This document shows, piece by piece, positions 16,305-25,728 of a stretch of 64,000 nucleotides of DNA. The notes beneath the pieces were generated by a model that was not told where the DNA came from, made no database searches, and was given only the letters and a program-made list of their open reading frames with translations. Each line of letters starts with the position of its first letter. The stretch's first letter is position 1. The stretch is from Myxococcota bacterium (GTDB lineage: Bacteria > Myxococcota_A > Polyangia > Palsa-1104 > JAEUJZ01): contig JANWXW010000134.1 of NCBI GenBank assembly GCA_025057315.1, positions 129 through 64,128 of the forward strand, given 5' to 3'. Position numbers and translations under genes: made by a program.

Positions 16305-18538
16305 AGCGGGAAGTCCCGCTCGGGCAGGATCGGGTTGAAGCTGCGGGTAAACAGATGCCGCGGCCCCTGCAGCGGCGCGCCCTCCAGCAGGGCCCAGAGG
16401 GTGACATGCTGGGTGAGGGAAATCTCCAGCACGGCCTGCGTCAGGAGGCGGATGCCGACGAAGCGGCTGAGCACCGGACGCCCCTCGAGCTGGTACTGCT
16501 CCCCCGTCGGGTCGTAGGTCGGCATGCGGTACATTTGCGTGTCGGGATCAAAGCCGGCCGCATCGGAGGCCGCGTTGGGCAGCGGGGTCCCGTCGGGGGC
16601 CAGGCCACCGGTGCAGCGGTCCTCGTCGTGCTCCCGCCGGGTCAGCAGCACCAGTTGCTCTGTCTTGCCCTCCAGCGCGAGCCGGCCCAGCTCCTCGGCG
16701 GTGGGGCAGTGCTGGTCGGCATACACCTGCAGCATCGGGCGCAGCGTCAGGCGCACACGCCGGTGCGGCACCACGGTCAGGGGGATGCCGCCCTCGAAGA
16801 CAAAGCTGTTGCGGGCGCGAGGCCCACCGCCCGCTGAGAAGTAGACGCTGGCGCCCAGGGCCACGATGCGCCGGTGGAGCAGCTGGGCGCGCAGGTGCAG
16901 GCCCACATCCGTTTGGTACAGGGTGGTGCGGATGTCGACCCCCCCGTCGAGGCCGAACCAGCCGCGGCGCAGCAGCCCGATCGTCGTGCGGGCGTTGAGA
17001 AAATAGGGATAGCCAGCGCCCGCATCGACGGTGAATGCGCCCCGCTCGAGCGTAAGCGCAGCAAACGAGCTCAAGGGGGCACGCCGCGCTGGGTCTGCCG
17101 CGCTCGGCGGCTGCTCCCTGGTCTCGGACAGCGCCTCCAGCTGGACCTGGACCAGCGTCTGCTCCCCGGCCGTGACATCGACCTGCTCCAGGTGGCTCTG
17201 ATGTCCATCCAGCTGCAGCGCCACGGTGTGCGTACCCGCCGCAATCGCGGCCGGGCCATAGGGCGTGTGCCCCACGGCGGTGCCATCGATGAACAAACGG
17301 GCGCCTGCAGGCTCTGACTGCACCCGCAGCTGGCCCTCGCGCCGCAGCTCCACGGTGACCACCTCGTGGCCGCCGGGGCGCAGCTCCACGTCCTTGCGCA
17401 CCGGGGCGTAGCCCTTCTTGCGCACCAGCACGCTGGTTCGCCCCGCCGGGACCTGGATGCCCTGCGGGCTCAGCAGAGCGGCCTCGTCCTGCAGCTGGCC
17501 GTTCACAACGTAGTGCGCTCCGGCAACAGGATGGGCCATGATGACGCGCAGCGTGCCCACCCCTGCCTCCGTGCTCCGCTCCAGCTGCACCTTCTCCACC
17601 CGCTGCTGGCCGGCTGCCACCGTGACGGTGCGCGCAAGCGGCCGGTAGCCCTCGGCGCGCACATCGAGCCAGTGCGGTCCGGCCGCCACCTGGTCGATGG
17701 GGCGGTTGGCCTTGCCCACCCACATTCCGTCCAGCACCACGTCTGCCTCGACCCCCGGGACAAGCACCAGCAGCGACCCGGTCCGCACCGCAGGCGGGCT
17801 GGGCCGGGCCACCACGTGCACCAGCTGGTCGGCCACGACCTGAACGACCCGCCGCCAGGGCAGGGTGGTGGGGTCGGGCAGATGCACCTCCACGTGGTGC
17901 TCCCCCTCGCTCAACCCCTCCACCACGACCGGCGCCGCCCCCCGCGGCACGCCATCCACCAGGACCTGCGCCCCTGGGGCCGCCGCCACGCGCATGGCGC
18001 CGTAGCCCAGCCGGGCTTTCAGGTCCACCACCAGCTTCTGCCTCTCGGCCGCCTCCAGCGTCAGGGTGCGGACATAGGCGACCAGGCCCGGCTTGCGCAC
18101 CTCGATGCGGTGGCTGCCCGCCGCCACCTGCACCGTCTGGGGAAGCCGGCCTGCCAGCGCGCCGTCCACCCAGATCTCGGCCCCCACCGCCTCGGCTCGG
18201 GCGCCCACCACCTCCAGCCAGGCCGGGGCCTGCTCCAGCACGAAGTGAAGCCGGCTCGGGCGCTCTATGGCCACGCGCTCCTCCACGGGCTTGTGGCCTG
18301 ATAGCTCCAGGCGCACCGTGTGCGTGCCGCGCTCCAGCAGGAGGCGAAACCGCGGCGAGGTGTGTCCTTGGATGCCTCCGTCTCGGCCATCCACATACAC
18401 GGCGGCCCCCGGGGGGACAGAGTCCACACAGACCCAGTACCGGGGCGTGGGCGCCGCCCCGACCCGGGCCGGGATCCAGATGGCTCCCAGCACCCAGGCC
18501 AGGCGCGCCAGGGCGGAGCGAGGCCCGGGGCTGTGCAT
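16271..18538 (-). CDS. Multi-PEGA-domain protein with putative C-terminal outer-membrane beta-barrel
   Basis: Repeated S.P.GA.V.VDG...G..P...G.H.V PEGA units (about 6); amphipathic beta-strands ending in terminal Phe (GVTLAF); start uncertain. Confidence 0.8.
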   Translation of the reverse strand: MHSPGPRSALARLAWVLGAIWIPARVGAAPTPRYWVCVDSVPPGAAVYVDGRDGGIQGHTSPRFRLLLERGTHTVRLELSGHKPVEERVAIERPSRLHFVLEQAPAWLEVVGARAEAVGAEIWVDGALAGRLPQTVQVAAGSHRIEVRKPGLVAYVRTLTLEAAERQKLVVDLKARLGYGAMRVAAAPGAQVLVDGVPRGAAPVVVEGLSEGEHHVEVHLPDPTTLPWRRVVQVVADQLVHVVARPSPPAVRTGSLLVLVPGVEADVVLDGMWVGKANRPIDQVAAGPHWLDVRAEGYRPLARTVTVAAGQQRVEKVQLERSTEAGVGTLRVIMAHPVAGAHYVVNGQLQDEAALLSPQGIQVPAGRTSVLVRKKGYAPVRKDVELRPGGHEVVTVELRREGQLRVQSEPAGARLFIDGTAVGHTPYGPAAIAAGTHTVALQLDGHQSHLEQVDVTAGEQTLVQVQLEALSETREQPPSAADPARRAPLSSFAALTLERGAFTVDAGAGYPYFLNARTTIGLLRRGWFGLDGGVDIRTTLYQTDVGLHLRAQLLHRRIVALGASVYFSAGGGPRARNSFVFEGGIPLTVVPHRRVRLTLRPMLQVYADQHCPTAEELGRLALEGKTEQLVLLTRREHDEDRCTGGLAPDGTPLPNAASDAAGFDPDTQMYRMPTYDPTGEQYQLEGRPVLSRFVGIRLLTQAVLEISLTQHVTLWALLEGAPLQGPRHLFTRSFNPILPERDFPLYGRAGVTLAF

Positions 18539-18940
18539 ACAACCTCGGCGAGCGGTTTGAAGGGCCATCGTCCTGTGGTTCGGCGGCTCGCTCCGCGGGG
18601 TCAGCGACGACCGGCGGCCTGCCGCCCCCTGGAGCAAGCACCCCGGCTCGCCAGGGCCCGGGCCCTCCAGAGACCGTTGAGCCGCCTCCGCGCTCGCCAG
18701 CCTGTCTCTTTAAGCCTTTCTCGTTTGGCGAGAGGAAATCAAGGCCATCGTGCGCTGGTCTGGTTGTTTGGTTCGCACCCCCTGCTCACGGTCGGCCTCC
18801 GCCCAAAAACGACCACAGAGAGGTCATATTTCGGGCAGCCCTGCCGACTCCCCGCCGGCTGCTGCGCCGGCTCCCGTCGGCGGAAGCCTGACAGAGCCCG
18901 CGCCGGACAACTGGCCCGACCCTTGCTTAGGGGAGGGCGC

Positions 18941-20167
18941 ATGGGGTCCCGGTTGGGTCAGACCATCGGCAGCTACCACATCGTGCGCGAGCTGGGGTCG
19001 GGGGGGATGGGCACTGTCTACGAGGTCATGCACCAGCAACTAGGCCGGCGGGCCGCGATCAAGATCCTGCGCCCCGAGGCCTCGCGGCGCGGGGACCTGG
19101 TGGAGCGGCTGTTCAACGAGGCGCGCGCGGTGAACCTGGTGGGCCACCCGGGGTTGGTGGACATCTTCGAGCTGGGGCGACTGCCGGACGGCTCGGCCTA
19201 CATTCTGATGGAGTACCTGCGCGGCGAGACGCTGGCGGCGCGGATGCAGCGGCAGAGCATCGAGGTGGGCCAGTGTGTGCGCCTGGGCCGGCAGGCGGCA
19301 GCAGCCCTGGCGGCGGCCCACGGCTGTGGCATCGTCCACCGCGACATCAAGCCGGAGAACCTGATGATCGTCCCCGACCCGGAGGTGCTTGGCGGCGAGC
19401 GGGTCAAGATCCTCGACTTCGGCATTGCTAAGTACGCCGACAGGGCCGGGAGCCTGCATCTGCGCCAGGGCGCCACGGCCAACGGCATGGTGCTCGGCAC
19501 CCCGGTGTACATGGCTCCCGAGCAGTGTCGTGGGGGCGCGGTGGATGGACGCGCGGACGTGTACGCCCTGGGGGTGGTGCTCTACGAGATGCTCTGCGGC
19601 CGGCCCCCCTTTGTGGCCAGCTCCTCGGGGATGGTGATGGTCCTGCACCTGACCCAGCAGCCCCCCGATCTGCGCGGCATGATCTCGGGGCTGTCGCCGG
19701 TGCTGTACGCGCTGGTGGAGGCGATGCTGGCCAAGGACCCGGACCGCCGACCGTCGATGCGGACGGTGTGCGAGGTGCTGGAGCGGCTGGAGGCTCAGCC
19801 ACAGGCCCTGACGAGGCCGCAGCCCAGTGCGCCGGCCCCGTCGCAGGACACGCTCCGGCCGGTGAGCCGAACCATGCTGCCCCCCAGGCAGTGGCCCCGG
19901 CGCTCGCGCATCGCCGCGGCGATGCTGGGCGTTGGCATCGGGGTCCTTATGCTGCTTGGGCTGCTGGAGCGACATCGGGGCGGGGCCATCCACGCGGTGC
20001 CCATCCGCGCGGTGCCAGAGTCGACCTCGCCGCCGCCAGGGCGACTGCTCCCCCCGCCGCACCTCTGGGTGCCGGAGCAGGTGCCAGCGGTGGAGCCCCC
20101 GCCCGCAGGCTGGGCAGCTGTCGAGCCGATCCGCATGCGGCTTCGGCGCGCTCGGTCCGCCCCGTGA
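18941..20167 (+). CDS. Membrane-associated Ser/Thr protein kinase
   Basis: RBS GGGAGG; [30 protein letters not shown] motifs; C-terminal TM helix and Pro-rich tail. Confidence 0.92.
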   Translation: MGSRLGQTIGSYHIVRELGSGGMGTVYEVMHQQLGRRAAIKILRPEASRRGDLVERLFNEARAVNLVGHPGLVDIFELGRLPDGSAYILMEYLRGETLAARMQRQSIEVGQCVRLGRQAAAALAAAHGCGIVHRDIKPENLMIVPDPEVLGGERVKILDFGIAKYADRAGSLHLRQGATANGMVLGTPVYMAPEQCRGGAVDGRADVYALGVVLYEMLCGRPPFVASSSGMVMVLHLTQQPPDLRGMISGLSPVLYALVEAMLAKDPDRRPSMRTVCEVLERLEAQPQALTRPQPSAPAPSQDTLRPVSRTMLPPRQWPRRSRIAAAMLGVGIGVLMLLGLLERHRGGAIHAVPIRAVPESTSPPPGRLLPPPHLWVPEQVPAVEPPPAGWAAVEPIRMRLRRARSAP

Positions 20168-20264
20168 ACCCCACGCCCTGGCCTCCCGCTGCGCCTGGCC
20201 CTGGCTCGGGGGCAGGCGGCTCGTCCGCACCGGCTCTGCGGGCAGAAGGGGCGGGGCGTCCGGT

Positions 20265-20390
20265 GGTCAACGACCCTGTTGTCCAGGGTGGGGGACGGTA
20301 TCAGATAGGGTCAAAGACCCTATTGTGCAGGGTCTTGAACGGTGTCAGATAGGGTCAACGACCCTGTTGTGCAGGGTCTTGGACGGTGTC
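20265..20390. repeat. 44-bp palindromic tandem repeat (about 3 copies)
   Basis: GGTCAA(C/A)GACCCT(G/A)TTGT(C/G)CAGGGT....ACGGT(A/G)TC units start at 20265, 20309 and 20353. Confidence 0.9.
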
Positions 20391-20450
20391 CGAGGGGGGC
20401 CAGGCGCCCTGCTGCAGGACGAGAACGGCGCAACCTGCGGTGGGTGGGCC

Positions 20451-20607
20451 GGGGGCGCTCCCGCGGTGGCAGGGGAGGGGGGAGGCCTGGTTGGTCTGCG
20501 GGGATGCGCGGGCGGGGGTGCTCCCGCGGTGGCAGGGGAGGGGGGAGGCCTGGTTGGTCTGCGGGGGTGTGGTCTGCGGGGGTGCGTGGGCGGGGGCGCT
20601 CCCGCGG
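20451..20607. repeat. 63-bp G-rich tandem repeat (2 copies plus a partial third)
   Basis: GGGGG(C/T)GCTCCCGCGGTGGCAGGGGAGGGGGGAGGCCTGGTTGGTCTGCGGGG at 20451 and 20514; partial copy at 20592. Confidence 0.85.
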
Positions 20608-20617
20608 GCTGGCGTGG

Positions 20618-21727
20618 TCAGGACAGCAGGGTGGCCAGGCGCACCGGCAGGCGCCGCGGCCCCCAGCGCCCGGGCGGCCCGTCGAAGACGCCGGGGCATG
20701 GCGTGCCGCAGCGCAGGCAGTGTCCACGCGCATCGAGTCCCCAGGCGGTCAGCCGGTACCAGTCGCGGCCGATGAGGGTGGCGCCACAGTGGTGGCAGTA
20801 GGTGCTGCCGCCCTCTTCGTCGTGGACATTGCCGGTATAGACGTAGCGCAGGCCATGCGCCCGGGCGATGTGCCGCGCCCGCGTCAGCGTCTCGGGGGGC
20901 GTGGGGGGGTGGTCCAGCATCCGGTAGTCGGGGTGGAAGGCAGTAAAGTGCAGGGGCACATCGGGCCCCAGGCGGTCTGCCACCCAGGCCGACAGCGCCT
21001 CCAGCTCCTGCGGGGAGTCGTTTTCGCCCGGAATGAGCAGGGTGGTGATCTCGAACCAGACGTTGGTTTCGTGCCGCAGGTAGACCAGCGTGTCCAGCAC
21101 CGGCTGCAGGTGGCCGCCCGTCAGGTCGCGATAGAAGCGCTCGCTAAAGCCCTTCAGGTCCACGTTGGCGGCGTCCATGTGCCGGTAAAACTCGAGGCGC
21201 GGCTCGGGGCAGATGTAGCCAGCTGTGACCGCCACGGTCCGGATGCCGCGCGCGTGGCAGGCCTGCGCCACATCCACGGCGTACTCGAGAAAGATCACCG
21301 GGTCGTTGTAGGTAAAGGCCACGCTGCGGCAGCCAAGCGCCACGGCGGCTTCGGCGATGCGCTCGGGCGAGGCGGCATCGGCCAGCGTGTCCACCTGGCG
21401 CGACTTGGAGATGTCCCAGTTCTGACAGAACTTGCAGGCCAGGTTGCAGCCCGCGGTGCCGAACGAGAGCACGGCGGTGCCGGGCAGAAAGTGGTTCAGG
21501 GGCTTCTTCTCGATGGGGTCCACGCAGTAGCCGCTGGAACGGCCGTAGGTGGTCAGCACCATCGTGTCGCCGGCGCGGGCGCGGACAAAGCACATGCCGC
21601 GCTGGCCGTCCCGGAGCTTGCAGTAGCGCGGGCACAGATCGCATTGGATGCGCCCGTCGGGCAGCAGGTGGAAGTAGCGGGCCGGGAAGCGCTCCTGGGG
21701 GGAGAGCAGCTCGGGCGGGGTGGACAT
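20618..21727 (-). CDS. amrS: AmmeMemoRadiSam system radical SAM enzyme
   Basis: CDLCPRYC, DPIEKKPLNHFLPG, GCNLACKFCQNW (CxxxCxxC), AFTYNDP, FTAFHPDY, YVYTGNV. Confidence 0.93.
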   Translation of the reverse strand: MSTPPELLSPQERFPARYFHLLPDGRIQCDLCPRYCKLRDGQRGMCFVRARAGDTMVLTTYGRSSGYCVDPIEKKPLNHFLPGTAVLSFGTAGCNLACKFCQNWDISKSRQVDTLADAASPERIAEAAVALGCRSVAFTYNDPVIFLEYAVDVAQACHARGIRTVAVTAGYICPEPRLEFYRHMDAANVDLKGFSERFYRDLTGGHLQPVLDTLVYLRHETNVWFEITTLLIPGENDSPQELEALSAWVADRLGPDVPLHFTAFHPDYRMLDHPPTPPETLTRARHIARAHGLRYVYTGNVHDEEGGSTYCHHCGATLIGRDWYRLTAWGLDARGHCLRCGTPCPGVFDGPPGRWGPRRLPVRLATLLS

Positions 21728-21739
21728 TGTAGACCTCTG

Positions 21740-22561
21740 TTAGACCGGACTGTTTGGCCCCTGGGGTGGATGAAGCGCAAAGGCGCCATAGCCGACCACG
21801 CGCGCGCGGTCGCCGGCCGTGTCGCCGGAGTTGCGCAGGTCGAGCAGCTCCACAACAAGGCCATGGCGGCGGGCGGCCAGCAGGAGGCCGTTGACCGGTG
21901 TGGCCCCGCAGGCCTGGTCGTGGGACAGCGGAATGCGGCAGGCGAGGATCTGGTGCGCGGTCTGGGCATCCAGCTGGCGCGCGGTGTCGTAGTCCAGGTA
22001 GTGGGACAGGTCCGAGCTGATGAGAAGCAGCGTCTCGGGCCCTCCCCACAGGCGCTCCAGCACCTCGGCCACCTGCTCGGCGCGGGCCTCGCCCACAGCA
22101 AGCGGCACAACCGCAAAGGAGCCCAGACAGACCTGCAGAAAGGGCAGCTGGACCTCCAGGGAGTGCTCGGCGGCGTGGGCGGGGTCGCTGCGCACCACCT
22201 GGGGCAGGCCCTGCAGCGCGGCCACCCCCTCCTGGTCCACGGGCACGATGCCCAGCGGCGTCTGCAGGCCGGTCCAGTTGGGCAGGGCCAGTCCCCGCAC
22301 CGGGGCGCGGTGGGCCGGCCCCAGCAGCACCACGCGCCGGATGCTGGCGGCCTGGGCGTGGAGCCGCCGGTAGGCCGTGGCGGCGATGGGGCCCGAGTAC
22401 ACGTAGCCGGCGTGCGGCACGATGAGGGCCTTGACCGGTCGGTCCTGCGCCGGGGGGGCGGCTCCCTGGAGCAGCTCCTGGACGGTCTTGCGCAGCACCG
22501 CGGGGGCGGCCGGGTAGAACAGACCCGCCACCGCGGCCGGGCGGAGGGTGGAGGGGGTCAT
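21740..22561 (-). CDS. amrB: AmmeMemoRadiSam system protein B (MEMO1 family)
   Basis: RPAAVAGLFYP, PHAGYVYSG, EHSLEVQLPFLQ, SSDLSHY, ACG, NSGD..VVGY. Confidence 0.93.
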   Translation of the reverse strand: MTPSTLRPAAVAGLFYPAAPAVLRKTVQELLQGAAPPAQDRPVKALIVPHAGYVYSGPIAATAYRRLHAQAASIRRVVLLGPAHRAPVRGLALPNWTGLQTPLGIVPVDQEGVAALQGLPQVVRSDPAHAAEHSLEVQLPFLQVCLGSFAVVPLAVGEARAEQVAEVLERLWGGPETLLLISSDLSHYLDYDTARQLDAQTAHQILACRIPLSHDQACGATPVNGLLLAARRHGLVVELLDLRNSGDTAGDRARVVGYGAFALHPPQGPNSPV

Positions 22562-22601
22562 CGTTCGGCTATTGTACTTGGGTGTATTGGGGCTGCTGTT
22601 G

Positions 22602-24260
22602 CTAGCCTGTGCCCTCTGGGGCCGGATGGCAAGGGGCAGCTGGGGGCTGGATCGCAACGCGCAGCAGCAGCTCGCCAAAGAGCGGCGTCTGCGCCAGGCC
22701 GCGCAGCACCGCATGGCCGCTCAGCTCCGCCAGGGCGCGCCGGTAGGTGGCATGCTGCAGGGCAGAGAAGAACTCGCCCCAGGCTGCCTCTGGAATGGCC
22801 GCGGGGATCCAGGGACCGAAGCGGCGCACCAGGAGGCAGTAGGCCAGCACCACGTAGTTGAAACCGGGCACCAGGCCGTGCGGGTAGCTGAAGTACTTGC
22901 TGAACACCAGCGTGCGCAGCAGGTAGGGAACAAACGGCAGGGCGCCGATTGCCTCGTCGGCGGCTCCCCCTGCGGGACGGGCTGCTCCAGGCGGGGGAGG
23001 CAGGGGCTCCAGGCCGCGCAGGCGCTGCAGCAGGCCCAGCACCTGGTCGGCGAGCTGCCTCTCTTCGGGCAGGGGCGGTGCGAGCGGGCGCTCCAGCAGA
23101 CGCGCATCGAAGGGGGACGGCTCCGCCCCGGTAAAGGCCTCCAGCCAGCCCAGCGCGGCCAGCAGGCGCTGGCGCACCGGGTGCCCCTCGCGGTCCAGGA
23201 TGGACAGCAGCTGGGCCTCGGCCGCGCGGAACACGGGCCAGGGGATGGGATCGTCGGCTCGCCGCAGAAAGCGCTGCGGCAGCACCGGCACCACGCGCTG
23301 CAACCGGCTGCGGATGTCGGCCTCGTTGTCGGCAAAGCCCCGTCCCTTGCGATGGCGAGCCGAGGGGCAGAACAGGTTGGTCCAGACCGCCACGCCGTCG
23401 GGGGTGAAGGTGAACCCGAAGGGAAAGACGTGGCAGTCATGGTAGACGGCTCTGCCTGCATCCTGGTGGACCAGGCACAGGTTCTCTTCGGTCAGAAAGG
23501 GGCACTGGCCGCGGGAGTCGGGATGCAGCACAAAGGGCCGGAACTCATCTTCTTGAAGCAGCTCCTCTGGGACCCGTCGGTACAGGGTGGCCGGGGGTCT
23601 GGGCAGCAGGCGCACCAGCCCGCGTGCCTCTGTGGCTGCGACCTCGTTGTCGGACAGGCGCACGGCCCAGTGGTTCGAGCAGCAGCGGGCCGTCCTGTGG
23701 CATGAGAAAGCGGCCTCGGGCAGCCAGAACAGGGGCATCTCGGGCGGCATGTGCTGCCGCCAGTAGCTCAGCTCCAGCAGGCTCAGAAACACGCGCTCTG
23801 GGCCGATGGGCGGCGGCACGGAGGCCATCTCGTGGTCCGCCTGGGCGCGCAGCCGCGCCGCGTCTCGCTCTGCTCCGGCCACCGTCACCCACAGCACGCG
23901 ATGCCTACCTCCCTCGACGACCGTGCCGAAGGCCGCGGTGACGCGCTGGCCGCTCAGGGCTTCCTCGATCTCTGCAAACAGCACGGTCTCGCCGCTGGGG
24001 GCCCATCTGGTGTCGAGCAGGCGCGGGGCGCGGAAGCAGGGCCGTCGCCGTCGCAGGGACGCCCCGTTCCAGCCGAAGGTGCGCAGCACGCCGCGCATGT
24101 AGCGCACATAGTCCTGCACGGACACCGCGTCGCGTCGCTTGACCGTGCGGGCGGCCAGCAGGTAGGCGCGGCTGCTGTGGAGCTGGTAGTGGGTGCCAAA
24201 GTCCAGGGTGTCGTACAGGCTGCCAAGATATCTTTCGATGAGGGACAGGTGGGGGCTCAC
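22602..24260 (-). CDS. Two-domain protein with C-terminal YkgJ/FliB-like cysteine-cluster domain
   Basis: FSCHRTARCCSNHW, CPFLTEENLCLVH, CHVFPF and LFCP cysteine pattern; N-terminal domain unrecognised; start uncertain (GTG 24260 or ATG 24404). Confidence 0.65.
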   Translation of the reverse strand: MSPHLSLIERYLGSLYDTLDFGTHYQLHSSRAYLLAARTVKRRDAVSVQDYVRYMRGVLRTFGWNGASLRRRRPCFRAPRLLDTRWAPSGETVLFAEIEEALSGQRVTAAFGTVVEGGRHRVLWVTVAGAERDAARLRAQADHEMASVPPPIGPERVFLSLLELSYWRQHMPPEMPLFWLPEAAFSCHRTARCCSNHWAVRLSDNEVAATEARGLVRLLPRPPATLYRRVPEELLQEDEFRPFVLHPDSRGQCPFLTEENLCLVHQDAGRAVYHDCHVFPFGFTFTPDGVAVWTNLFCPSARHRKGRGFADNEADIRSRLQRVVPVLPQRFLRRADDPIPWPVFRAAEAQLLSILDREGHPVRQRLLAALGWLEAFTGAEPSPFDARLLERPLAPPLPEERQLADQVLGLLQRLRGLEPLPPPPGAARPAGGAADEAIGALPFVPYLLRTLVFSKYFSYPHGLVPGFNYVVLAYCLLVRRFGPWIPAAIPEAAWGEFFSALQHATYRRALAELSGHAVLRGLAQTPLFGELLLRVAIQPPAAPCHPAPEGTG

Positions 24261-24529
24261 GCCTGGGATGTAGGCGTGCGGCGGAGGGAGGCAAGCGCCC
24301 GCAGACGATGGGCCCGATGCCGGCCGGGCAGGCCGTGTGGCATGCGGCAGGGGCAGAAACGAGGGCTGTGACCCATCGGTGCGCCCCCTGCCCGATGCGG
24401 CCATGGCAGGGGCCAGCTAGGGGGGCTCAGGGTGGGTCTGCCGTTGTCCGCCCCTTCTCCTGGCTGGGTGGCCCTCGCCGGGTGGCCGGCAGGGAGGCAG
24501 CCGGGAGCGCGCAGAGACCCGGGCGGCTT

Positions 24530-25717
24530 TTAGGCTTTCTTTTTTTGCATGGCCATCGACTTTTCGTTCAGCCAGATGAGCACCGGGCTGGCGACGAAGA
24601 TCGACGAGTAGGTGCCGACGATGACGCCGACGTTCATGGCGAAGCCGAAGTCGCGGATGACGCCCGTGCCCCAGATGTTCATGGCCAGCGTCACAAAGAA
24701 GGTCGTCGCGGCGGTCAGGATGGTCCGCGACAGCGTCTCGTTGACCGAGATGTTGACGACCTGGGGAAACTTCTTGTCGCGCAGCTTGCTGGCGTTTTCG
24801 CGGATGCGGTCGAAGACCACGACCGTGTCATTCATGGAGTAGCCGATCACCGTGAGCAGCGCGGCGATGGTGGTCAACGAAAACTCTTTGTAGGTGATGG
24901 CAAAGGCCCCCATGACCACGATGGCGTCGTGCAGCAGGGCGATGACCGTGCCCGGCCCGTAGCGGAAGTCGAAGCGGACCAGGATGTACAGCATGATGAA
25001 GCCGATGGCGGCCAGGAGCGAGATGAGGCCGTTGTCGCGCAGCTCCTTGCCTGCCTTGGCGCCGACGGAGTCCACCTGGGGAATCGCGGCCACCACGCCC
25101 GCGCCGAGTTTGGCCTCCAGGGCCTTGCGCACCTCGGCCTCCAGGCCGATGAGGATCACCTCGTAGGTGTTTTCTTCCGGGCGCCCGAAGCGCTGCACCT
25201 GGTTGGTGCTCACGCCGGCCTCGCGCAGCGCCGCCGCGATGTCCTGTGGCTCGACGGGTTTGCTGAGCTTGACGTAGGCCTTGTCGCCGCCCTCGCTGAA
25301 CTCGAAGCGGCGCATGACGTCCTGACCCAGCTTGGTGCGCAGGGTCTGCTCGGCCTTTTTGGCCTGCTCTGGCGACAGCGGCGAGACCGCCGGGAAGCGC
25401 ACCAGGAACGCGTTTTTGAACTCTGGCAGCGTGACCGCCTCGGCGTCCTTGATGCCGCCCGCAGCCAGTGCCCCGGTGATTTCCATCGGCTGCACCGGGC
25501 GCGTAAAGTCCACCCGCATCTCGGTGCCACCGCGGAAGTCGATGGCGAAGTTGAGGGCGTGTCCGCGGCCCTTCAGCACGAAGGCATTGATCGGGAGCAT
25601 CGCGATGGACAGCAGGACCAGAAACGCCGAGATCGACAGGAACAGCCGTGCGCGGCCGACGAAGTTGAAGTTGTGGTCCGGCCGGATCAGCTCGAAAAAC
25701 TTGCTCTTGGGGGCCAT
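24530..25717 (-). CDS. secF: Protein translocase subunit SecF
   Basis: IDFRGGT, LLHD, GYSMNDTVVVFDRIRE, SRTILT, GTYSSIFVASP. Confidence 0.96.
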   Translation of the reverse strand: MAPKSKFFELIRPDHNFNFVGRARLFLSISAFLVLLSIAMLPINAFVLKGRGHALNFAIDFRGGTEMRVDFTRPVQPMEITGALAAGGIKDAEAVTLPEFKNAFLVRFPAVSPLSPEQAKKAEQTLRTKLGQDVMRRFEFSEGGDKAYVKLSKPVEPQDIAAALREAGVSTNQVQRFGRPEENTYEVILIGLEAEVRKALEAKLGAGVVAAIPQVDSVGAKAGKELRDNGLISLLAAIGFIMLYILVRFDFRYGPGTVIALLHDAIVVMGAFAITYKEFSLTTIAALLTVIGYSMNDTVVVFDRIRENASKLRDKKFPQVVNISVNETLSRTILTAATTFFVTLAMNIWGTGVIRDFGFAMNVGVIVGTYSSIFVASPVLIWLNEKSMAMQKKKA

Positions 25718-25728
25718 GTCTCCCGACC

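Noticed and set aside
20265-20390. CRISPR array
   Set aside because: Units are head-to-tail with no unique spacers
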